64,000 bases of DNA, from NCBI RefSeq assembly GCF_006345805.1, contig NC_043013.1:43152001-43216000 (forward strand). The letters are read 5' to 3'. Below are positions 61,501-64,000 of the stretch, one piece after another. How positions within the stretch are numbered: the stretch's first letter is position 1; every line of letters starts with the position of its first letter. Origin of the DNA: Octopus sinensis (Eukaryota). Below the pieces are notes generated by a model. It saw only the letters and a list, made by a program, of their open reading frames with translations. It searched no databases and was not told where the DNA came from. The position numbers and the translations under genes were made by a program.

Positions 61501-63280
61501 AAAAACCTTGGCTCCTCAGACCACTATGATGTGCCCCTGGGTAGAGTTGGTGAAAGTTCTTCACGGCTTCATGATAGATACAATGCTCCACTTGACAACA
61601 GCTCCAGATTAGACATGCACTTGAATTCCGATAAATTTGACAGGTAAAATTTTGTGTTCAATATAAAATAACTTTCATAATTCGTAATTCTTTCATTCTT
61701 TAAATTTTTGCAATATTTTCTCCCTGTTTCAAAACCTATGTGTTTCCATACTTTCCTCAGTGATCCCTCCCTCTATATCTTGTGTCTTTCTCATACTTGC
61801 TATGATTCCTCCAGCAATAAAGTCTTTCAACTCTCTCTCTCTCTTCTTACTGGTATTTCCTGAGGTGAAGCTGGCCATTGCTTGTCTGCAATGTGCCCCC
61901 ACCATCTATACCAAAAATCTCTTCTCTTATACTGGAAACCCCTACTGCCTTGCTTCTGTACATGTTGTCTGCAGCCTGGTATCTTGGTGTTGTCAGCTAC
62001 CAGCCCAGGCTCTGCTCTTCGTCAGGCTGAGCAAAGCAAACTGTCAAGGTATCGGTCCCTCTCTGACAGGTTTATAGTTGAGCTTGTGGAATTTCAGACC
62101 CCTGGCATCCTTGGTCCTCCAGACCATATCCCTGCTCTCTGCTATTACGGCATGTCGTCTGCAGCCTGGTATCTTCCCTGGTGTACACGAGGCCCATGGA
62201 ATTGGTTCCCAAAAGAAAGAGGGGAAAAGGCTACTGGAGTTTTGTGATACGACTAACCTATTGATCTGCAACACAAACTTCAGAAAGCCAGCCAACCATC
62301 TGATAACCTACCAATCAGGTGTCTTTGCTAGCCAGATCGATTACAATCTGCCTTTCACTCTGAGGGAGAGGCCCTTTGTTGCCAGCGGAGGTAGGAGCTC
62401 TTTCAACTTTGTACAGCCCAATCTTATTCTCACAGCTATGCTCTTGGAGCATCCACCTCTGCTTCTCACTCGGTCACCCTAACAGAAGCTATCTACTACT
62501 AGCTTACCCCACTGGCAGTTTAATGGAGTCTATTTTCTATACATTTTCGGTGTGTATTGTACCTGTGTGTCTTCCACACAGAAAAACTATTTTCCTTGTT
62601 AACCTTCCTCTGATATTGCTGCACCTCTTATGTGTCCATATCTTGCACTGGGTACATCTTATGGAGTTTCTACCTATGCCTTTTCTACAGATAGAGCAAG
62701 GCCATCTAACTGAAGGGATTTATCATTTGTCTGCCTTCTTACTTACTAAGACTTTGGTTTTTGCTAGGTTAACTCTAAGGCCCTTTGGTTCTAGACCTTG
62801 CTTCCATACCTGAAACTTCTTTACTTCTGGTGGTGATTGAGCTATAAGAACAATGTCACCAGCATAGAGGAGCTCCCAGGAGTAGCTTGTCTTAAATTCC
62901 TCTGTTATTGCTTGGAGGACATGATGAACAAGAGGGGGCTGTGGACTGATCCTTGGTGAACCCCTATTTGTATCCTGAATTCTTCACTGCACTTGTTGTC
63001 AACCCTCACCTTACTGATGATGTTCTGGTCAGTAAATCAATGCCTAAGTGTTTCAGTCATTAATCCTGTGTAATGTGTGTATGTGTATCACTATATCCAT
63101 CCCTGTTACCTTACTGTATGCATTTTATTTCCCACTTCTCCAGAATGGACACTGGCTTTAGAAGAGATCCAGACCACATTGTGTATGAGTCTGACCGTCG
63201 AAATATGCTGCACAGCAGAGACATTGACCACAGAAGTGTATCAGCTCACAACCGTCTTGGCAGAATGAGAAACTCTCCAG
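1383..63280 (+). CDS. SAFB: SAFB/SLTM-family (scaffold attachment factor B-like) RNA-binding protein; 19 coding exons in window, 3' end beyond window; no SAP domain visible
   Basis: Join 1383-1478,10171-10222,17041-17066,23910-24155,29548-29581,31939-32149,37107-37141,38041-38069,40263-40780,41629-41669,43862-43953,45588-45737,48818-48896,51187-51377,53211-53470,56546-56644,59316-59459,61440-61643,63144-63280. All introns are GT-AG, all phases are compatible, 2644 nt with no stop. The RRM NLWITGL...VVAAKVVTTARIPSRRCYGFVIM matches the SAFB/SLTM signature (NLWVSGL...[23 protein letters not shown]). Orthologue versus paralogue status is unresolved. Confidence 0.85.
1770..2172. repeat. (TA)n/(TG)n/(CA)n compound microsatellite (similar tracts at 1-100, 2320-2370, 5305-5385, 47660-47865, 63690-63993)
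   Basis: Dinucleotide runs visible directly. Confidence 0.95.
2372..2615 (-). mobile_element. RTE-clade LINE 3' fragment
   Basis: KYRWAGHVARLTDNRWT...WYPRERKRSPGRPPRRW is a typical RTE ORF C-terminus. Confidence 0.85.
2684..2925. repeat. Inverted pair of a Penelope-terminus-like repeat around a CA/TA spacer
   Basis: ctttctgtagaagagcataggctcgaaacgtaaaagacttt near 2684-2725 recurs as its reverse complement near 2881-2922; ttcctgagcgttatact pairs with agtataacgctcaggaa. Confidence 0.6.
3700..4850 (+). mobile_element. RTE-like LINE, degraded RT with an embedded Cys/His (PHD-like) finger and C-terminus
   Basis: AFVDLEKAFDR, SVLSPLLF, LYADDL motifs; CSICGKGVG..C..C..WIHKRC finger; WYGHVLHM...GRGRLRKTW; stops, frameshifts and an internal deletion near 4410. 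Confidence 0.92.
5050..5303 (+). mobile_element. SINE-like family with (GAT)n tail (other copies about 3170-3370 -, 5388-5530 -, 11517-11835 -, 12405-12680 +, 25455-25625 +, 32970-33212 +, 46496-46690 -, 48164-48470 -, 60655-60830 +)
   Basis: Shared core gcacccactacactctcggagtggttggcgttaggaagggcatccagctgtagaaac...catggaaa.ggacgttaaa(tga)n. Confidence 0.85.
5830..7017 (+). mobile_element. Tigger/pogo DNA transposon remnant, internally deleted
   Basis: HTH-psq/CENP-B-like KNVMTLHEKAQLL...SYAAVG and MESALALWISDC; acidic C-terminus; right end ...gaggaactattg TA related to the MITE at 28396. Confidence 0.85.
7060..7400 (+). mobile_element. Penelope-like element GIY-YIG endonuclease fragment
   Basis: CNCRDPSACMLDRDC...VVYQATI...YIGRT..WIKSRIANHESTF...C.LCLEE. 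Confidence 0.85.
7692..7782. repeat. Near-perfect ~91-bp palindrome inside a 132-bp insertion with 12-bp direct repeats
   Basis: attatttacatttgacggatattt...gttaac...aaatatccgtcaaatgtaaataat; atgtcccttagt at 7677-7688 and 7821-7832. Confidence 0.9.
9634..10013 (+). mobile_element. tRNA-derived SINE with 14-bp TSD (related heads at about 12855 +, 16505-16748 -, 42725-43050 -, 45194-45435 +, 46170-46490 +)
   Basis: Box A tggcccagtgg and box B ggtttcgattccc; TSD ccaatgtccattgt at 9620-9633 and 10014-10027. Confidence 0.85.
10171..10222 (+). CDS. SAFB-like exon 2 (IPLEEENHSGIDNLQIS), phase 0 to 1
   Basis: Pyrimidine tract ending ttacag; donor CAG|GTAATT; open in frame. Confidence 0.7.
11338..11897. 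mobile_element. hAT/Charlie-like MITE with a nested SINE (related copies about 25250-25733 and 53635-53897)
   Basis: TIR cagtg(g/t)ttctcaac ... gttgagaacc(a/g)ctg. Confidence 0.7.
11905..12290 (+). mobile_element. Older degraded copy of the RTE-like LINE seen at 3700-4850
   Basis: YLGDQISSGG..IVARI...W.K.RELL; tggtttggtcatgtgatg. Confidence 0.75.
13360..13925. repeat. Three tandem diverged copies of a ~200-bp dispersed repeat
   Basis: tagaaatagc(a/t)gccaaat...ccatctta recurs at about 13375, 13583 and 13778. Confidence 0.75.
13943..16891 (-). mobile_element. Chapaev3 (CMC superfamily) DNA transposon, full-length but degraded, with two nested SINEs
   Basis: TIR CACTGGTCAACA / TGTTGACCAATG with TAA on both sides; transposase motifs GDQDK.W.PH..C, DH..DCYFC, RPVPH, ELNDLVKDL.LSKDKAELLASRLKE, EGIFV.PQI, SDEHGERFH.DI..MEK.YQG.W...ML.DY. 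Confidence 0.88.
15845..16235 (-). mobile_element. Abundant tRNA-derived SINE (ggctgtgtggtaag... head); other copies about 2965-3120 -, 32815-32965 +, 36530-36890 -, 41732-42072 +, 43235-43620 -, 54330-54480 -, 59090-59232 -, 63335-63680 -
   Basis: Head ggctgtgtggtaagaagcttgcttcccaaccacatggttccgggttcagtccc; core ggcaagtgtcttctactatagcc; tail gactgaaacaagtaaaagaataa. Confidence 0.88.
17041..17066 (+). CDS. SAFB-like exon 3, 26-nt microexon (DNLNMAESV), phase 1 to 0
   Basis: Long pyrimidine tract ending ttttgtag; donor GTG|GTGAGT; similar to exon 8 (NVAE). Confidence 0.7.
17100..18357 (+). mobile_element. Cluster of about 6 copies of a SINE family with (ATT)n tails (more at 8500-8715, 20345-20960, 38890-39600 -, 57300-57960 -)
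   Basis: Repeated gctggcagaat..ttagca...ttctgagttcaaat...gactttgcctttcatcctttcggggtcgataaa.taagtaccagttg. Confidence 0.85.
19740..20320 (-). mobile_element. R4/Dong-like (RLE) non-LTR retrotransposon 3' fragment
   Basis: Minus-strand translation YILRHDSVG...ENEKVTILWDMPI...ANRLDIVV...SKYKDL fits a restriction-like endonuclease; (AAT)n tail near 19735. Confidence 0.75.
22215..22276 (+). ncRNA. Hammerhead ribozyme-like motif, probably degenerate
   Basis: GTC, then hairpin AGAAAAC/ctttca/GTTTTCT, CTGATGA, short stem AGA..TCT, GAAA; stem III imperfect. Confidence 0.35.
23513..23737. mobile_element. piggyBac-like ~220-bp MITE (copies about 10740-10956, 27655-27867, 33440-33610, 37611-37840, 55880-56397; second family 26356-26583)
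   Basis: TTAA CCCTTTAGCA ... TGCTAAAGGG TT(AA) termini. Confidence 0.7.
23910..24155 (+). CDS. SAFB-like exon 4 (EVLKTGDEVV...DVCNTEK), phase 0 to 0
   Basis: Acceptor tttag|GAA; donor AAG|GTAAAG; homologous to the 5' half of exon 9. Confidence 0.8.
28396..28611. mobile_element. Tigger-like MITE nested in another repeat
   Basis: TA CAGTAATCTCTC ... GAGGAATTACTG; interrupts a repeat seen intact at 28741-28792. Confidence 0.7.
29548..29581 (+). CDS. SAFB-like exon 5, 34-nt microexon (LPKKDGTAESL), phase 0 to 1
   Basis: Acceptor tctctttcgttgtacag; donor TAG|GTTTGT; supplies the phase change needed between exons 4 and 6. Confidence 0.6.
30330..30708 (-). mobile_element. RTE-clade LINE fragment (RT thumb region)
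   Basis: IEEVSSYAYLGQEV...RVRAGWRAF...ETWALTK...AQRAMERSMLGISLRDHI. Confidence 0.85.
31450..31890. repeat. Degenerate (CAC/CTA)n trinucleotide low-complexity tract
   Basis: accaccacc and actactac runs. Confidence 0.85.
31939..32149 (+). CDS. SAFB-like exon 6 (AVKSEENESIIVLDDDIPNDLDADL...KEGKTK), phase 1 to 2
   Basis: NAGNAG acceptor aacag|cag|tg; donor AAG|GTATTG; homologous to the 3' half of exon 9. Confidence 0.8.
32261..32650 (-). mobile_element. GC-rich retroposon 3' end with (AAGT)n tail
   Basis: cttacttacttact tail at the left end; a second, rearranged copy lies at 39646-39935. Confidence 0.7.
34425..35673 (-). mobile_element. mariner DNA transposon, full-length and degraded
   Basis: TIR ttgggtcatcccataaataatg / cattattttatgggatgacccaa within TA repeats; N-terminal HTH EHIWHILFYEFNKG...INAVYG...QWWFQKF. 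Confidence 0.9.
37107..37141 (+). CDS. SAFB-like exon 7 microexon (SPANSDDKKTKG), phase 2 to 1
   Basis: Acceptor tttttcag; donor GAC|GTAAGA; paralogous to exon 10. Confidence 0.75.
38041..38069 (+). CDS. SAFB-like exon 8 microexon (QESVNVAEKK), phase 1 to 0
   Basis: Poly-T tract ending ctag; donor AAG|GTCAGT. Confidence 0.75.
39646..39935 (+). mobile_element. 5'-inverted retroposon insertion with 14-bp TSD
   Basis: TSD ttagaacataaaga at 39632-39645 and 39936-39949; two segments in opposite orientation relative to the copy at 32261-32650. Confidence 0.85.
40263..40780 (+). CDS. SAFB-like exon 9, 518 nt acidic/Ser/Lys low-complexity (EELNAGDKVES...KDVKTK), phase 0 to 2
   Basis: Matches ORF 40269-40784; acceptor tttag|GAA; donor AAG|GTGAAG. 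Confidence 0.88.
41629..41669 (+). CDS. SAFB-like exon 10 (SSEDTSKTKKGKPP), phase 2 to 1
   Basis: Poly-T tract ending ccag; donor CAA|GTAAGA. Confidence 0.8.
42087..42509 (-). mobile_element. Non-autonomous hAT element with a transposase C-terminal remnant
   Basis: TIR cagaggtggattaa / ttaatccagcacta; 8-bp TSD ttttagtt/ctttagtt; minus-strand DALSLLSVEADVLHKINFEDLIKD. Confidence 0.75.
43862..43953 (+). CDS. SAFB: SAFB-like exon 11, RRM N-half with RNP2 (KSAKTCNLWITGLKANTKAANLKALFVKHGW)
   Basis: Pyrimidine tract ending gtag; donor TGG|GTTTGT; RNP2 LWITGL. Confidence 0.92.
45588..45737 (+). CDS. SAFB: SAFB-like exon 12, RRM C-half with RNP1 (VVAAKVVTTARIPSRRCYGFVIMASTEDANNCIRHLNQTKFNGTVITVKM)
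   Basis: Poly-T tract ending ccag; donor ATG|GTAAGT; SAFB-type AKVVT.AR.P..RCYGFV.M motif. Confidence 0.95.
46665..47245. repeat. GC-rich minisatellite, about 9 units of 61-63 bp in two variants, expanded inside a (GAT)n-tail SINE
   Basis: acggatgg recurs at 46721, 46782, 46845, 46906, 46968, 47030, 47092, 47154 and 47215. Confidence 0.95.
48818..48896 (+). CDS. SAFB-like exon 13 (ARNALGMQIQKKAADPAKKLVNTKKE), phase 0 to 1
   Basis: Acceptor ttttgcag; donor AAA|GTAAGT; ARN corresponds to the post-RRM AKN of SAFB. Confidence 0.85.
48956..49342 (+). mobile_element. Helentron/DINE-1-like non-autonomous element
   Basis: Sub-TIR acctccgccaa ... ttggcagaggt; (GTCT/GTCC)n near the 5' end; inserted in a T-run. 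Confidence 0.65.
50416..50918. mobile_element. Tc1/mariner-pogo superfamily MITE, 503 bp
   Basis: Perfect TIR CCGTAAATCCTCGAGTATA / TATACTCGAGGATTTACGG; TA TSD on both sides. Confidence 0.9.
51187..51377 (+). CDS. SAFB-like exon 14, Lys/Ser-rich (SKPADGTEKS...DPWAKAK), phase 1 to 0
   Basis: Acceptor ttttgtag; donor AAG|GTAAGT; open frame. Confidence 0.85.
51523..52022. repeat. Direct tandem duplication (period about 242 bp) of a SINE 5' part plus microsatellite
   Basis: aggcacaagc...ctcgtatttatgtg is identical at 51561 and 51803. Confidence 0.9.
52441..53137. repeat. 25-bp-unit minisatellite, about 28 copies (gtgtcacgtaagagcgcctgtgccg)
   Basis: gtgtca recurs at 52446, 52471, 52496 and onward. 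Confidence 0.95.
53211..53470 (+). CDS. SAFB-like exon 15, Arg/His/Glu-rich (FEESQRRRKER...HHHSHGHHH...LEKARKELR), phase 0 to 2
   Basis: Acceptor ttgtag; donor TAG|GTAAGC; in frame with ORF 53280-53474. Confidence 0.85.
54640..55280. repeat. CA-rich compound minisatellite, ~88-90-bp unit
   Basis: aacctcatacacatggtctc at 54661, 54751 and 54839. Confidence 0.95.
56039..56355. mobile_element. Merlin-like MITE with ~125-bp TIRs (fold-back)
   Basis: GG...CC ends; 8-bp TSD gaattatg at 56031-56038 and 56356-56363; long inverted arms. Confidence 0.8.
56546..56644 (+). CDS. SAFB-like exon 16 (TEREKLDRARRKL...RAHSLS), phase 2 to 2
   Basis: Acceptor tttcag; donor CAG|GTAAGA; E/R coiled-coil-like sequence. 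Confidence 0.85.
56691..57104. mobile_element. Merlin-like MITE, 414 bp
   Basis: TIR ggattttttcggtttgaacggcagttt / aaactgccattcaagccgaaaagctcc; 8-bp TSD cactttat at 56683-56690 and 57105-57112. Confidence 0.8.
58236..59030 (+). mobile_element. Helitron-like non-autonomous element with an internal long inverted repeat (58437-58790)
   Basis: 5' acccagcgttgcctgg motif; arms acttttgttttaaagtgaa...gtgtatatgaa and ttcatatacac...ttcactttaaaacaaaagt. Confidence 0.5.
59316..59459 (+). CDS. SAFB-like exon 17 (LRYEDERSAKRSFDR...IPES), phase 2 to 2
   Basis: Acceptor ttcttag; donor AAG|GTATGC; LRYE..R..KR resembles the SAFB post-coiled-coil LRYEQERR..R segment. Confidence 0.88.
59606..60202 (-). mobile_element. 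Internally deleted mariner element
   Basis: TIR ttgggttgtccggaaagt / actttccggacaacccaa; TA TSD; LPHPQYSPDIAPSDFHLF motif. Confidence 0.92.
60205..60662. repeat. Degenerate ~25-bp minisatellite (ggtgccacatataaagcacctgtgcc) running into a (GAT)n-tail SINE
   Basis: Repeated ataaagcac motif. Confidence 0.85.
61440..61643 (+). CDS. SAFB-like exon 18 (YSDLKDAYRRRGGPYYGR...DKFD), phase 2 to 2
   Basis: Acceptor tttccacag; donor CAG|GTAAAA; R/G/Y/D-rich. Confidence 0.85.
62170..62345 (+). mobile_element. RTE-like LINE AP-endonuclease fragment
   Basis: HGIGSQ..EGKRLLEFC...LLICNTNFRK...HLITYQSG...SQIDY. Confidence 0.85.
62346..63020 (-). mobile_element. RTE-like LINE RT fragment, same family as 3700-4850
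   Basis: Reverse complement aligns with 3855-4440 (GVHQGSV.SPLLF, ELLYA.D, WPCSIC.KG.GRN). Confidence 0.9.
63144..63280 (+). CDS. SAFB-like exon 19 (MDTGFRRDPDH...RMRNSP), phase 2 to 1; gene continues past window
   Basis: Acceptor cttctccag; donor CAG|GTAAAA. Confidence 0.82.
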
Positions 63281-63731
63281 GTAAAACCTCCCCTCTTTAT
63301 ATAATCACACACACACACACATTTCTTTTATTCTTTCTTTTACTGGCTTCAGTCATTTGACTGCTGCCATGCCGGAGCACTGCCTTTAGTCAATGAAATT
63401 GACCCCAGGGCTTATTCTTTGTAAGCCCAGTACTTATTCCATCGGTTTCTTTTGCCGAACTGCTAAGTTATGGGGACATAAACACACCAACATCAGTTGT
63501 CAGGCGGTGGTGGTGGAGGGGCAAATTCGCACACACATACATACATATGACAGGCTTCTTTCCACTCACAAGGCTTTGGTCAGCCTGAGGCTATAGCAGA
63601 AGACACTTGCCCAAGGTGTGCTGCTGTGGGACTGAACCTGGAACCATGTTGTTGGGAAGCAAGCTTCTTACTACATAGCCTGTATATTTGAATATATATT
63701 CACATATACACATATATATACATACACACAA

Positions 63732-63766
<35 letters not shown>

Positions 63767-63894
63767 CATATGTGTATGTATATATATATATATATGCATA
63801 TATATGTGTATGTATATATATGCATACATATGTGTATGTATATATATATACATATGCATACATGTGTGTATATATATATATGCATACATATGTG

Positions 63895-63938
<44 letters not shown>

Positions 63939-64000
63939 TATACATGTGTATGTATTTATATATGCATATATGTGTATATATATATATATATAAAAGGGCA

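Overview
AT-rich eukaryotic genomic DNA, dense in (TA)n/(CA)n microsatellites, tRNA-derived SINEs and DNA-transposon relics. The repeat landscape resembles an octopus (coleoid cephalopod) genome; this is inferred, not proven. One long intron-rich + strand gene spans the window. I assembled by hand 19 GT-AG exons from 1383 to 63280 whose splice phases all match, giving a continuous 2644-nt ORF (881 codons) that runs off the right edge. It encodes a SAFB/SLTM-family RRM (exons 11-12), followed by K-rich, His-rich and R/E/D-rich regions. The RRM is divergent and no SAP domain is visible. The N-terminal half is built from an internal duplication of an exon block in which one large exon is split in the upstream copy. 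The introns carry Chapaev3, mariner, Tigger/pogo, hAT, Merlin-like, piggyBac-like and Helitron-like elements, RTE, R4/Dong and Penelope-like fragments, SINE-seeded minisatellites, several long hairpins, a 5'-inverted retro-insertion and a hammerhead-like motif. Most ORFs in the supplied track are repeat artefacts. No prokaryotic features are present.
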